NCBI GenBank assembly: GCA_965203485.1 | Contig: OZ241892.1 | Coordinates: 352,001-416,000 of the forward strand | DNA: 64,000 bases | DNA from: Longimicrobiales bacterium | GTDB taxonomy: Bacteria; Gemmatimonadota; Gemmatimonadetes; Longimicrobiales; Gaopeijiaceae | Direction: 5' to 3' | In this document: piece by piece, positions 26,661 through 37,155 of the stretch | Position numbering within the stretch: position 1 is the stretch's first letter | Layout of the letters: every line of letters starts with the position of its first letter | Notes under the pieces: generated by a model | Databases searched by the model: none | What the model saw: the letters and a program-made list of their open reading frames with translations, nothing else | What the model was told of the DNA's origin: nothing | Made by a program: the position numbers and the translations under genes

Positions 26661-27473
26661 GGTCTCCTCCTTGGCTCCTTCGTTGATCATCGAACTGCGC
26701 ACCCAGTCCAGCAACGGCCGCCGGGCCGGGCTGTCCGGGGGCAACAGGCTCTTGAGCGTCGCCAGCGCCTCTCTAAACTCGTTGCGGCTCTGGGCGTAGC
26801 GCAACTGCAGACCCGCCGTTCGGGGCGTGTCGGCCGCCGCCAGCGACCTCGCCTCCGTTGCCTCCGACACTAACAGGAACTGTTGCCCGAGAGCGAACGG
26901 CAGGAACGCCTCGGCTTCGGTGGCCAGCATGTCCTGCAGGCGGGTAGGCGCGGTCCACGGGTCTGTGCCGACGTGCACGACGATGGGTAGCACGGGCGGT
27001 AGCTTGCCCGCCTTGCGCACCTCCGGCTCGTTGCAGATCTGGTCGTAGGCCAGTGCGGCTTCGAGCAGCATGCGCACGGGCATGCGCCGGTCTACGGTGG
27101 ACTGGACCTCGAAGAGGAAGACGACATGGAGCCACGATTCGCGAAGGGGCACCTTCCAAACGAGGTCTGTGTGGCGAACGGTCCTGGACTTGGGATCGAT
27201 GTGTTCGGTCGGGGCCTTCCAGAGTCGGCGGAGATCGACGCCCAGGGTGGCTTCGTCCGGGACGATCTTGCCGAAGACGTGCTTGCGGAGAAACTCCTCG
27301 ACCATCCCCCTGTCGCTGTAGAGGCGCTTGGCGGCCTTGTCCTTCGGCTGATGGACCGCCTTGCGGTGCAGCTCGTCCGGACGGGGGGCATCGGCGGGGG
27401 GATCCTTCCGGGGTGGCTGTTGGCGAGGCGGCCCCCGCTTGGGGTCACGGTCTCGGGGGTCGGCGGGGACCAT
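26298..27473 (-). CDS. Rpn/YhgA-like recombination-promoting nuclease (PD-(D/E)xK family)
   Basis: HTDLVWKV, LFEVQSTVDRRMPVRM, LPPVLPIVVH, C-terminal GLEEG/EGRAKG repeats and RKFG motif. Confidence 0.85.
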   Translation of the reverse strand: MVPADPRDRDPKRGPPRQQPPRKDPPADAPRPDELHRKAVHQPKDKAAKRLYSDRGMVEEFLRKHVFGKIVPDEATLGVDLRRLWKAPTEHIDPKSRTVRHTDLVWKVPLRESWLHVVFLFEVQSTVDRRMPVRMLLEAALAYDQICNEPEVRKAGKLPPVLPIVVHVGTDPWTAPTRLQDMLATEAEAFLPFALGQQFLLVSEATEARSLAAADTPRTAGLQLRYAQSRNEFREALATLKSLLPPDSPARRPLLDWVRSSMINEGAKEETMARLNELEDLKNPVYETWWAKERREARTKGLEEGLEEGRAKGLEEGRTKGRAEGQSAGRREGRRATLLRVTHRKFGPKTADQLAALLDDRADAERFAEIADLLIDCATGRDFLAQAARSR

Positions 27474-27775
27474 GGACGCTTCCTGGGTCGCTGGGGTTCC
27501 GGTGGTCTCCGGTCGAGCGGGCCATCGGCGGAGATCGTGGGGCGGGGCACGGAGCGCAACTGCAGTCGGCCCCTTAACCGTGGTGATTTCGTTGGGACAC
27601 CGGAATGGTTGAATGGGACGAGGCGCGGCACACTCGGACGACGGGCGGGAGGGCATCGGAGGACTCCTTGCCTTCCCGGCCGCCGTGCCTCACTTTGCCC
27701 GACTCCGCCGAGCGGTCTCCAAGCGCCGCAGGCGCGCCGTCCCACGAGAGAGTCGCTCCCAACGCCCGCACCATC

Positions 27776-30184
27776 ATGAAGCTCAACTTCCATCCGCTCC
27801 TTTCCCGGTCGGTCCCTGCCGTCGCGCTCGCAGTCCTCCCGGCCGCGCCCGCCACCGCCCAGACCGGCTACCGCGAGCCCCCGCCCGCCGTCGTCGACAT
27901 TCTCGACGCGCCGGCCGCGCCCTTCGTCTCGACGAGTCCGGACCGGCGGTGGCTGGCCCTCGCGCACCGAAAGAACATGCCGAGCATCGAGCAGCAGTCG
28001 CAGCCGATGTTGCGGCTGGCGGGCAGGAGGCTCAATCCGGTGACCAACGGGCCGTTCGGGGTGTCGCTGGTCACCGGCATCGGGTTGCTGGAGGTGGAGA
28101 GCGGGACCAAGTGGACGGTGGCGCTGCCCGGCGACGAGGGCTGGTCGACGCCGGTGTTCTCGGACGACGGCGAGCGGCTGGCGGTGGAACGGGCCACGTC
28201 GCAAGGCACGGAGCTGTGGGTCGTGGACGTCGCGACGCGCGAGGCGATTCGTCTCGTCGGGCCGCGGCTGAACGGGACGATGGGGCGTCCGTGCCAGTGG
28301 ATGCCTTCGGGGGACGAAGTGCTCTGCCGGCTGGTGCCGGAGGGCCGGGGCGCTCCGCCCGAGAGGCCGGCGACGCCGGGAGAGCCGGTGATCCAAGAGT
28401 CGGAAGGCCGGAGTGCGCCGGTGCGGACGTACCAGGACTTGCTGAGGGGGCCGCACGACGTGGCGCTCTACGAGCACTTCGCGACGGCTCAGCTGGCCCT
28501 CGTGGACGCCGAGGACGGGCAGGTGCGGGCGCTGGGAGAATCGGCCGCGTACGGGTCGGTTCAGGTGTCGCCCAGCGGCGAGTTGATTCTAGTTGAGCGA
28601 ATCAAGAAGCCGTTCTCGTACTTGGTGCCGGACCGGCTGTTCCCACGGTCCGTGGAGGTCTGGGACCGAGCGGGGAACCGGGTCGCCGAGGTGCACGAGG
28701 TCCCGCTGGGCGAGGGCATCCCCATCGGGGGCGTTCGGGACGGCCCGCGGAACCACCGCTGGATGGACGGCGCGGACCATGTCCTGCTCTACACCGAGGC
28801 GCTGGACGGGGGCGATCCGCGTGCGCAGGTGGCCGAACGGGACAGGCTCATGGCGTTGCACGCCCCCTTCGACGGGGCCCCGGAGGAGCTGGCGCGCACG
28901 GAGTTCCGCTTCGCCGGGCTCGTCCGTGGCGCGGGGGACTTCGCCTTCCTCTCCGAATACGACCGGCCCACCCGCACGCGGCGCACGTGGAAGGCCGACA
29001 CGGGCGCCCGTCCCTTCGCCACCGAGCTGCTCTGGGAGCTGAACTCCGAGGACCGCTACTCCGACCCGGGCGCTCCGGTCATGGATGCGACGGGAGAGCG
29101 AATGGTCCAAACCGGCGACTGGATTTTCCTGCGGGGCGCCGGGGCCTCCGACGAAGGCGACCGTCCCTTCCTGGACCGCATGAACGTGGAGACGGGCGAG
29201 ACGGAGCGGCTTTTCCAGTCCGGTCCCGCGTCGTACGAGAGCGTGGTCGCGTTGCTGGACGACGAGGGCCGCCGCGTGCTGACGCGCCACGAGTCCAAGA
29301 CGGAGCCGCCGAACTACTTCGTGCGCGTCCTGGGCAGCGACGACCGGCGCGCGCTCACGGAGTTCGCCGATCCCGCGCCGCAGCTGGCGGGCGTCGAGCG
29401 CGAGTTCCTGGTCTACGAGCGCGAGGACGGGGTGCAGCTGTCGGGCACGCTCTACCTGCCCGCGGACCACGGCGGCGGCCCGCTCCCGGCGATCGTGTGG
29501 GCCTACCCGCGCGAATACGCGAACGCGCGGACGGCGGGCCAAGTGAGGGGATCGCCGCACCGGTTCAACCGCATCGGCGGCGCGTCGCACATGTTCTTCC
29601 TCACGCAGGGCTACGCGGTCTTCGACGGACCCACCATGCCCATCGTCGGCGGCGACACGGCCAACGACCGCTACGTCGAGCAGCTCGTCTCATCGGCGAA
29701 GGCGGCGGTGGACTTGCTGGTGGAGATGGGCGTGGCGGACCCGGACCGGATAGGAATCGGCGGCCATTCCTACGGCGCCTTCATGACGGCGAACTTGCTG
29801 GCGCACTCCGACCTCTTCCAAGCGGGCATCGCGCGCAGCGGCGCGTACAACCGCACGCTCACGCCCTTTGGCTTCCAATCGGAGCGGCGCACCTTCTGGG
29901 AAGCGCCCGACCTCTACTTCGCGATGTCGCCCTTCATGCACGCGAACGACATCGACGAACCCATGCTGATGATCCACGGCGCCGCCGACAACAACTCGGG
30001 CACGTTCCCCGTGCAGTCGGAGCGCATGTACCACGCCATGAAGGGCCTCGGCGGCAAGGCGCGCTTGGTGATGCTGCCCAACGAGAGCCACGGGTACCGG
30101 GCCCGCGAGTCCGTGTTGCACGCCTTGGCCGAAATGATCGAGTGGTTCGACCGCTACGTGAAGAAGGAAAAGGACAAGGCGTGA
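27776..30184 (+). CDS. S9 family (prolyl oligopeptidase-like) secreted peptidase
   Basis: Signal peptide, propeller region, GGHSYG nucleophile, HGAADNN, ESHGY. Confidence 0.9.
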   Translation: MKLNFHPLLSRSVPAVALAVLPAAPATAQTGYREPPPAVVDILDAPAAPFVSTSPDRRWLALAHRKNMPSIEQQSQPMLRLAGRRLNPVTNGPFGVSLVTGIGLLEVESGTKWTVALPGDEGWSTPVFSDDGERLAVERATSQGTELWVVDVATREAIRLVGPRLNGTMGRPCQWMPSGDEVLCRLVPEGRGAPPERPATPGEPVIQESEGRSAPVRTYQDLLRGPHDVALYEHFATAQLALVDAEDGQVRALGESAAYGSVQVSPSGELILVERIKKPFSYLVPDRLFPRSVEVWDRAGNRVAEVHEVPLGEGIPIGGVRDGPRNHRWMDGADHVLLYTEALDGGDPRAQVAERDRLMALHAPFDGAPEELARTEFRFAGLVRGAGDFAFLSEYDRPTRTRRTWKADTGARPFATELLWELNSEDRYSDPGAPVMDATGERMVQTGDWIFLRGAGASDEGDRPFLDRMNVETGETERLFQSGPASYESVVALLDDEGRRVLTRHESKTEPPNYFVRVLGSDDRRALTEFADPAPQLAGVEREFLVYEREDGVQLSGTLYLPADHGGGPLPAIVWAYPREYANARTAGQVRGSPHRFNRIGGASHMFFLTQGYAVFDGPTMPIVGGDTANDRYVEQLVSSAKAAVDLLVEMGVADPDRIGIGGHSYGAFMTANLLAHSDLFQAGIARSGAYNRTLTPFGFQSERRTFWEAPDLYFAMSPFMHANDIDEPMLMIHGAADNNSGTFPVQSERMYHAMKGLGGKARLVMLPNESHGYRARESVLHALAEMIEWFDRYVKKEKDKA

Positions 30185-30375
30185 TGTCGACAGCCCCAAC
30201 GTGGCGGATGGGGCTTGTGTTGCAACAGTGCGTAGCACGCAGAAGTCCCTACTTTGGCTTGGCGGGCGACGGCGCCCGGGGGCGCGATCGCCGTGCCGGG
30301 CGAGCGAGGCGTTGCACGCGGCTGGCCGAGGCGGCCAACGGGTAGCGCGAACAGGAGAAGAGCAAGACCTGCACG

Positions 30376-30555
30376 ATGAAGATGATGTTTGCGGTGGGGC
30401 GCGTGACGCGCGGTTCGACCCGCGTGTTCGTGGCGCGGCAGGTAGCCGGGACGGCGGCCGGCCAGTTGGCTCCGGACGCGGACGCGAGCCCGGAGAAGCG
30501 GCCGGAGCCCGGGGACTTCCGCGCGGAAGTCGCGTCTCCCGGCACCGTCCACTGA
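30376..30555 (+). CDS. Possible 59-aa small protein (MKMMFAVGRV...PGTVH)
   Basis: Fills an otherwise empty gap; upstream AGGAG; just below the ORF-track length cutoff. Confidence 0.35.
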   Translation: MKMMFAVGRVTRGSTRVFVARQVAGTAAGQLAPDADASPEKRPEPGDFRAEVASPGTVH

Positions 30556-30596
30556 TCCCGGCCGCGCCGCCCGCGCTCCGTGCTCGGCTCGGCGCG

Positions 30597-31610
30597 TCAG
30601 GCGAACAGGGCCGGGTGTCCGCCGGTGTGCAGGAACACCCAGTGCTCCTCGGGCGCCGGGGCTTCGGTAGCTAGGGCGGCGATCATGGCCGCCGCCGCCT
30701 TGGCCGTGTAGACCGGATCCAGGACGACGCCCGCGGACCGGGCGAACGCGGCCAACGCGGACTCGCCCGCGGGCGTGGGGACCCCGTAGCCGGGACCGAC
30801 GAACTCGTCGGTGACGTGCATGTCGCGGGCGGCGCGGTCCACCCGGCGGAGCAGGGTATGCAGTGCAGCGCCGCCCACCAGCGCCGCCGCGTCCGCCGCT
30901 AGCCCGGCCACCTTCGCGCGGAGCGTGGTCGCGGATTCGTCGGCGCTGACCGCCGCCAAGCGCGCCGTCCATCCCGCCAGCGCGCACCCCAGCGCCAGTC
31001 CGGCCATGGTGCCGCCCGACGAAGCGGCGCAGAAGACTCGGGCCGGCGCGCCGTCCAGCTGTTGCCGCATCTCCAGTGCCGCGTGCGCGTAGCCCAGCGT
31101 GCCCAGCGGCGTGGACGCTCCCGCCGGCACCACGAGCGCCCTTCCCCCGGCGGCGTCGGCGCGGGCCGCCGCCTCTGCCATGCCGGCGGCTCGCTCCGCT
31201 CGCTCGGCGACGTGCACGATCCGGGCGCCCAGCAACCGGTGCAGCAGGGCGTTCCCGCGGGCCGGCGCGCCGCGGTCGCCGTCGACCACGAGCGTGCATG
31301 CGAGTCCCAGCCGCGCGGCCGCCGCCGCGGCGACCCGGCAGTGGTTGGACTGCGGCCCGCCCTCGGTTACCAGCTCCGTGACCCCGGCCAGCCTGTTCGG
31401 CGCAAGCTCGTACTCCAGCTTGCGGACCTTGTTGCCCCCCAACCCAAGGCCGGTCCAGGCGTCCGCCTTGATCCAGAGGCGCGCGCGCGTGCCGAGGCGG
31501 GCGGCCAGGCGGGGAGCCGGCAACAGCGGCGTCGGCGTCGCGGCCAGCGATGCGCGGGGCAGGCCGTGGAGCGTGGCGAGAGCCGCCTGGAGGGGTTCGT
31601 TGCGTGCCAT
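30597..31610 (-). CDS. D-cysteine desulfhydrase / ACC deaminase family PLP enzyme
   Basis: GGNKVRKLE, QSNHCR, SSGGT, LDPVYTAKA, FLHTGG. Confidence 0.88.
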   Translation of the reverse strand: MARNEPLQAALATLHGLPRASLAATPTPLLPAPRLAARLGTRARLWIKADAWTGLGLGGNKVRKLEYELAPNRLAGVTELVTEGGPQSNHCRVAAAAAARLGLACTLVVDGDRGAPARGNALLHRLLGARIVHVAERAERAAGMAEAAARADAAGGRALVVPAGASTPLGTLGYAHAALEMRQQLDGAPARVFCAASSGGTMAGLALGCALAGWTARLAAVSADESATTLRAKVAGLAADAAALVGGAALHTLLRRVDRAARDMHVTDEFVGPGYGVPTPAGESALAAFARSAGVVLDPVYTAKAAAAMIAALATEAPAPEEHWVFLHTGGHPALFA

Positions 31611-31635
31611 GCGGACGCGAGCCGCGAAGGAGAGT

Positions 31636-31664
31636 GGAACTTTCTCGGGGCGTCGGGTGTAGAG
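31636..31664 (+). promoter_or_regulatory. Candidate ECF-sigma promoter GGAACTT-N16-GTAGAG
   Basis: Same motif and spacing recur at 42980 and 56951, each upstream of a plus-strand gene. Confidence 0.45.
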
Positions 31665-31804
31665 CATTACAATCGCAGAGTTCCGCCCCGTCGTTCAACG
31701 GCAGGCGCGGGGGCGTTGTCGTCCGCCGGGCGGAACGGAGCGCCCGGAGTCCGGCGGTGCGCCGGGCCACCGGGCCGCGCAACGACCAAGGAGTCGAATC
31801 CATC

Positions 31805-34168
31805 ATGACGATATCTCGCCAAGGGCTGTTGCTCGCCGCCGCGGCCTGCATCCTGCCGCCGCCGCCCGCCGCCGCCCAGGACGCCGTGGTCGCGGGCAGA
31901 GTCTGGTCCGCCGAGGGCACGCCGCTCGAAGACGTGACCGTCGAACTCGTCTCCGTCGCCGATTCGGCCGTGCTGGGCGTGGCGCACACCGGCGAGCTGG
32001 GCTACTTCGCGTTCCGCGACGTGGCGCCGGGCGCCTACGCGGTCCTCCTCGCCCTGATCGGCTACGAGTCCGCCGGGCAGGACGTGGCGGTGGCCGCGGG
32101 CGAGCGCGCCGAGATCGAGGTCGTGCTCGCGATCCAGCCGATCGCCCTCGCGGGCGTCACCGTGGACGCGGAGCGGAGCCGCGTGCGCACCCGCTTCGAG
32201 GAGACCGCCGGCACCACGGTCCAGGACATCGACAGACGGAGCATCAAGTCGGTGCCGACGGTGGCGGAATCGGACCCGCTCCGGGCCGTCGAGGTCCTGC
32301 CCGGCGTGACCACCGTGTCGGACATCTCGTCGGCCTTCAACGTGCGCGGAGGCTCGGCCGACCAGAACCTCATCCTGCTGGACGGCGTGCCGATCCTCAG
32401 TCCGTTCCACCTGGGCGGCTTCTTCTCGGTCTTCAACGCCGACATGATCCGCCGCGCGGAACTGCGTTCGGGCGGCTTCCCGGCCGAGTACGGCGGGCGC
32501 GTGTCCTCGGTCCTGCTGCTCGACTCCGACGTGGGCGACGGCGCGCTCGGCGTGGACGCGGGCGTAAGCCTCCTCGCGTCGCGGGTGGCGGTCAACGGGT
32601 CGCTTCCGGGGCGCATGTCGAACGCGCTGGGACTCGCGAGCGCGCGCTGGCGCATGTCGGCGCGCCGGTCGTACGCCGACGCCGTGCTGCGGCCCTGGGC
32701 CGACGTGCCCTATTCGCTCCGGGACCTGCAGGGCGTCTTCGAGACGTGGACGAAGGGCGGCAACCGTTTTCGCCTCACCGCCTACTCCGGCAGCGACCGT
32801 CTCGACGCTCCCAACGGCCTGGGCGGCTCCGGGGCTGACGGCGACGAATCGATCAAGATCGTTTGGGACTGGGGCAACAAGGCGATCGGCGCCTCCTGGA
32901 CGGACCCCATGACCGGCGGCGGCGCGCTGGAGGTGCGGGGCTACTTCTCGCAGTACGAGTCCGACCTCTTCTTCCCCGACTTCGAGGACGTGCGCTTCGC
33001 CACGCAGATTCACGAGACCGGCTTCGGCGCGGACCTCGAGAGGCGTCCCACGCCCCGCACGCGCTGGAAGTCCGGCGCTTCGGCCAAGAGGGCGTGGTAC
33101 CGCAACAACGTGCAGGACAGGGCGACGGGCGTCGGCGGGCCGCCGGGCGGACGGGGTGAGGGATGGGAGATCTCGGGCTACAGCCAGCTCCACTGGGAAC
33201 CGAGCCGGCAGTGGCTGATCGAGGCCGGCGCGCGGTTGGACCACTGGAGGCCCGGCCGGGGGCGGGACGAGACGACGGTGTCGCCCCGCGTGGCCGCGAA
33301 GCGCTTCCTGGAAGACAGGAAGTCGGCGGTGCGGCTCTCGTTCGGCCGCTACTCGCAGTTCGTGCACTCGACCCGCAACGAGGCGCTTCCCTTGGGCCTG
33401 GATCTCTGGTTGCTGGCCGGGGACAGGGCCCCGCGCGTGGTCTCCGATCAAGTGCAGGCGGGCTTCGAGCGCTTCTTCGGCGAAGACGAGCAGTGGTTTG
33501 CGACCGCCGAGGTCTACTACCGCGGCTTCGACGGCGTGATCACGAGGAACTTCGCCGACGATCCCAACGATCCTCTGGACGACCTCCTGCCCGGCCGGGG
33601 CCGCGCCTACGGGCTCGACTTGTTCCTCAAGCGCGACCAGGGCGCGACGACGGGATGGCTGTCGGTCTCCTTCATGCGCACCTCGCGCACGTTTCCCGAC
33701 ACGAGGTCGGGCCTCGATCCGTTGCCCGAGATCACGTTTCCGCCCCCGTACGCGCAGGAAGTGGACCTGGACCTCGTGTTGCAGCGGAGCTTGGGATGGG
33801 AGATCGAGGCGGGACTGCGGTTCAACTTCTCGGCCGGGAGGCCCTACACGCGTCCCTTGGGCACGTACGAGGGCAACAGGTTCGGTCCGCTCGCCGGCAT
33901 TTGGGACTTCGGAGCCTTTCCGGGGTTGCTTCTGGGGCCGCGCAACGGCGAACGCTTTCCGGTGCGCCACCGGCTGGACGTGAGCTTCAGAAAGGAGATG
34001 CGCTGGGACTGGGGCCGGGTGACGCCTTATCTCAGCGTGCTCAACGTGTACAACCGCAAGAACGTCCTGTTCTACTTCTTCGAGTTCGACAGGGAGCCCC
34101 CCAGGAGGAGCGGCCTGTCGATGACTCCGATTCTACCCACCCTCGGAGTGGAGGTGTCGTTCCGATGA
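31805..34168 (+). CDS. TonB-dependent receptor with N-terminal carboxypeptidase-regulatory-like domain
   Basis: Plug motifs LPGV..FNVRGGSADQNLILLDG, GGFPAEYGGRVSS; NVYNRKN; C-terminal LGVEVSF. Confidence 0.9.
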   Translation: MTISRQGLLLAAAACILPPPPAAAQDAVVAGRVWSAEGTPLEDVTVELVSVADSAVLGVAHTGELGYFAFRDVAPGAYAVLLALIGYESAGQDVAVAAGERAEIEVVLAIQPIALAGVTVDAERSRVRTRFEETAGTTVQDIDRRSIKSVPTVAESDPLRAVEVLPGVTTVSDISSAFNVRGGSADQNLILLDGVPILSPFHLGGFFSVFNADMIRRAELRSGGFPAEYGGRVSSVLLLDSDVGDGALGVDAGVSLLASRVAVNGSLPGRMSNALGLASARWRMSARRSYADAVLRPWADVPYSLRDLQGVFETWTKGGNRFRLTAYSGSDRLDAPNGLGGSGADGDESIKIVWDWGNKAIGASWTDPMTGGGALEVRGYFSQYESDLFFPDFEDVRFATQIHETGFGADLERRPTPRTRWKSGASAKRAWYRNNVQDRATGVGGPPGGRGEGWEISGYSQLHWEPSRQWLIEAGARLDHWRPGRGRDETTVSPRVAAKRFLEDRKSAVRLSFGRYSQFVHSTRNEALPLGLDLWLLAGDRAPRVVSDQVQAGFERFFGEDEQWFATAEVYYRGFDGVITRNFADDPNDPLDDLLPGRGRAYGLDLFLKRDQGATTGWLSVSFMRTSRTFPDTRSGLDPLPEITFPPPYAQEVDLDLVLQRSLGWEIEAGLRFNFSAGRPYTRPLGTYEGNRFGPLAGIWDFGAFPGLLLGPRNGERFPVRHRLDVSFRKEMRWDWGRVTPYLSVLNVYNRKNVLFYFFEFDREPPRRSGLSMTPILPTLGVEVSFR

Positions 34169-35244
34169 AAAGCGATGGCAGGGGTTGGAAGACGGCGCCG
34201 AGGGCCGCGGCCCTGGTTTCTCTGCGGCGGCAACCTGCGAGCGAGACCGTGGGGCGCGTTGCGAAGACGGCGCTGGTGGCCGTGGCGTCGGCGGCTTCGT
34301 GGAGTTGCGAGCTCGTCGAAGTCGAGGTGGCCAGGCCCGACGACGTGGTGGTGGCCGAAGCGGCGCTCGTTCTCGCGAGCGACGCCGGCGCCGGGCGAGG
34401 ATTCGCGATGTCCGCGTTGGCGTTGCTGCACCGCACGCGCCAGGAGACGGGCGTGGCCCCGGTCGACGGGGCGACCGTGCGCGTCTCGGACCAAGACGGA
34501 CGCTCCGTGGTCCTGTTGCCGGAGCCGCGTGGCCTGTGCGTCGACAGCCTCGACTGGCGGTTCGCCCGCGATCTGTCGGGCGCCTCCTGCTACCGCGCCG
34601 CGCCGACGGAAGAGCCGTTTGTCCCGGGAGACCGGCTGACCCTCGAGGTCGTCCTGGCGGACGGCGGCGCGCTCGAAGGCGCTTCGCAGGTTCCGTCGCT
34701 CTTCTCGATGCCGGACTTGCGCTTGGCGAACGGCGTCTGCGGGATGTTGCCCGAGACCCAGCAGCGCATCGACTGGACGCAGGCGGAAGGGGCCTGGGCC
34801 TACAAGAACGAGGCGCGCATCTCGGGGTACGCTCCCAGCGCCGGTAGCGCTGGCCGTTCCAAGCCCGTGCACCTGGAGCTGCTCGCCATCGGCCGAGAGG
34901 AGACGGGCTTGGTGTTCCCTCGCTCGTTCGGACTCTCCGAGTACCTCGACGAAACCTACGACCGCGAGCTGATCCTCAGGCTGCGCGACGGGTTGCCCGA
35001 AGGCGCCTCGGCCGAACTCTCCGTGACCGCCATCGACCGAAACTGGATGAACTGGGCCCGCACCTCGGGCATCACTTTCTCCGGCGTAGTGCGCATTCCC
35101 TCGGTGTTCGGCGACGGGACGGGCGCGTTCGCGACGGGAGTGCGGCGGCGGTTCGAGGTGGCCGTCGAAGACGCCGCGGACTTGCCGGCGTGCGGACCGG
35201 CGGCGGTAGGGAGCGCGGGCGTGCAACTGCCCTTGGCGCCGTAG
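34165..35244 (+). CDS. Putative lipoprotein partner of the TBDR (DUF4249-like)
   Basis: ATGA overlap with the TBDR; lipobox-like SWSC; VDGATVRV and SVFGDGTGAF resemble that family. Confidence 0.55.
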   Translation: MKSDGRGWKTAPRAAALVSLRRQPASETVGRVAKTALVAVASAASWSCELVEVEVARPDDVVVAEAALVLASDAGAGRGFAMSALALLHRTRQETGVAPVDGATVRVSDQDGRSVVLLPEPRGLCVDSLDWRFARDLSGASCYRAAPTEEPFVPGDRLTLEVVLADGGALEGASQVPSLFSMPDLRLANGVCGMLPETQQRIDWTQAEGAWAYKNEARISGYAPSAGSAGRSKPVHLELLAIGREETGLVFPRSFGLSEYLDETYDRELILRLRDGLPEGASAELSVTAIDRNWMNWARTSGITFSGVVRIPSVFGDGTGAFATGVRRRFEVAVEDAADLPACGPAAVGSAGVQLPLAP

Positions 35245-35347
35245 GCGAGGCTGCAACGCTCTTCCGCAACGCGCGCCGGCACCTCACGCGCGGGCGCTTG
35301 CGGCGACCGGCCGCCACAGGCTCCGACGCCCTCGGCCGCGCGCCTGT

Positions 35348-36527
35348 TCAGTTGCTCCGGTAGGACCGGACCGGCGGCAGCCGCGCTCCCGTGCCGCCCG
35401 GCGGCTCCTCTTCCGCCACCACGGGGATACCGAGCGTGCCGATTCCGTCGATCGTCGCCTCGATCAGGTCGCCGGGCTCGAGGAAGCGTTGCTCGCCGCG
35501 CACGGCGGTGCCCATGCCGACGCCGCCGGACGTCCCGTTGTTGACGACGTCGCCGGGGAACAGGGTGATGATCGACGAGCCGTACTCGATGAGTTCCCAG
35601 AGGGTGTGGATCATGTCGCCGGCGCGCGCCTCCTGCATCTGCTCGCCGCCGATGCTCAGGGTCTGGCGCAGCTTCTCCATGGGGTCGCCGTAGAACTCCT
35701 TGGGGACGATCCACGGTCCCATGGGCGCGAAGGTGTCGTGTCCCTTGCCGACGAACCAGTCGGAGCGAAGAGGGTTGCCGCCCGGGGGACGCCCGCCCCG
35801 GTCCGAGATGTCCAGCGTCACCGTGTAGCCGAAGACGTGGTCCTGGGCCTCGTCGGCCGACACGTACTTCGCCGCGCGTCCGATCACGGCGCCCAGTTCC
35901 ACTTCCCAGTCGGTCCGGTCCCGGCCCCAGGGAATCACGACCGAGTCCCCGGCGCCGACGACCGCGCCCCGGCTGGGCTTCAGAAAGAGATAGGGCACGC
36001 CTCGGTTCTCCCGGCGCTGCCGGCGGGCCTCGGCGCGCTCTTCGGGCGTCCCCGTCTCCTCCACGTGGCTGTAGAAGTTGACCGCCGCGTTGAGGATCTT
36101 GCCCGGATACATGATAGGGGGAAGCGTCCGCACGTCTTCCACGGCGTGGACGAAGCCGGGGCGGGGGCCCGCGTCGATCAACTGGTTGGCCGCCAGGTAG
36201 TCGACGATCTCGTATAGCCGCCGCTTGACGCCGTACTCGTAGCGGCCGATCAGGTCCAGCATGTCGGCGGGCATGGGAACAGCCGGGTACGCCGCGTTGC
36301 GCTCCAGCGTCCGGTTCGCTTTCTCCGATCTCCACGACCAGGGCGTCGCGAAGCACGAGTCCAACCCGCGCCGCGCCGTCGATCTCGAACGTGCCGACCT
36401 TGAAGGGCTCGGCCACTCGGGCTTGCGCAGCGGCCGCCGTCTCCTGTCCGGGGGCGCTCTCCGCTCCAGTGGCGGCTGTTGCCACGAGGGCGCCGGCAAC
36501 GGTTGCGCGCCGCGTCGCGAGCTTCAT
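35348..36527 (-). pseudogene. Fumarylacetoacetate hydrolase family protein with a 1-nt frameshift near 36320-36322
   Basis: AAVNFYSH, YLFLKP, DWEVELG, DISDR, GKGHDTFAPMGP, PGDVVNNGT; N-terminus MKLATRR..FKVGTF lies in the neighbouring frame; may be a sequencing error. Confidence 0.75.
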
Positions 36528-37024
36528 TGGTCCGTCTCCTGTCCGGGGGATGTCCGCGCCGGGGGCTCGGCGCCCCTTCGACTGTCCAACCTCCCGCGCT
36601 GTCCGCCGTCCAGCCGCGCGGGGATCGGCGTGCCGTGGGGATCCGTGTGCGGGTCGCCCATCGCTTCGGCCATCCGCTCCACGAGGCGGTCCGAAGCGGC
36701 GTGCTCCAGGCGCTCGGCTTCCTCGTGCACTTCGGCGGACGGGAAGCCCAGCTGCCGCACCAGGAACGACTCGATGATCCGGTGCCGCCGCACCACGCTC
36801 ACGGCGACGGCGCTGCCCGCTTCCGTCAGGCGAACGCCGCGATAGGGCTCGTGCGCCACCAGCCCGTCCTCGGCGAGACGGCGGATCATTCCGCTCACGG
36901 ACGCCGGCTGCACGTCGAGCGTCCGCGCCAGTTCGGTCGTGCCGGCGGCCTCGCCGTTCTCGTTGAGGCTGTACACGGCCTTGAGGTAGTCTTCGACGGA
37001 GCGCGAGAGGGTCGGAGCGGTCAC
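36524..37024 (-). CDS. mntR: DtxR/MntR-family metal-dependent transcriptional regulator
   Basis: SVEDYLKAVY, ASVSGMIRRL, RRHRIIESFL, EAERLEH, DPHGTPIP; no FeoA-like tail. Confidence 0.88.
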   Translation of the reverse strand: MTAPTLSRSVEDYLKAVYSLNENGEAAGTTELARTLDVQPASVSGMIRRLAEDGLVAHEPYRGVRLTEAGSAVAVSVVRRHRIIESFLVRQLGFPSAEVHEEAERLEHAASDRLVERMAEAMGDPHTDPHGTPIPARLDGGQRGRLDSRRGAEPPARTSPGQETDQ

Positions 37025-37155
37025 TGGGCGGCCGGGCGGCGGACGAGCGGAGGCAAGGGCGCGAACCTCCAAACATAGACGACCAGCCTGCGCTTCCCGA
37101 TATTCACGCGATATTCCGGGGCGCAAGACGCGAGAGCATCCTTTGGCCAGGAGGC

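Noticed and set aside
26298..27473. Active IS/transposon around the Rpn gene
   Set aside because: No terminal inverted repeats or target duplication found
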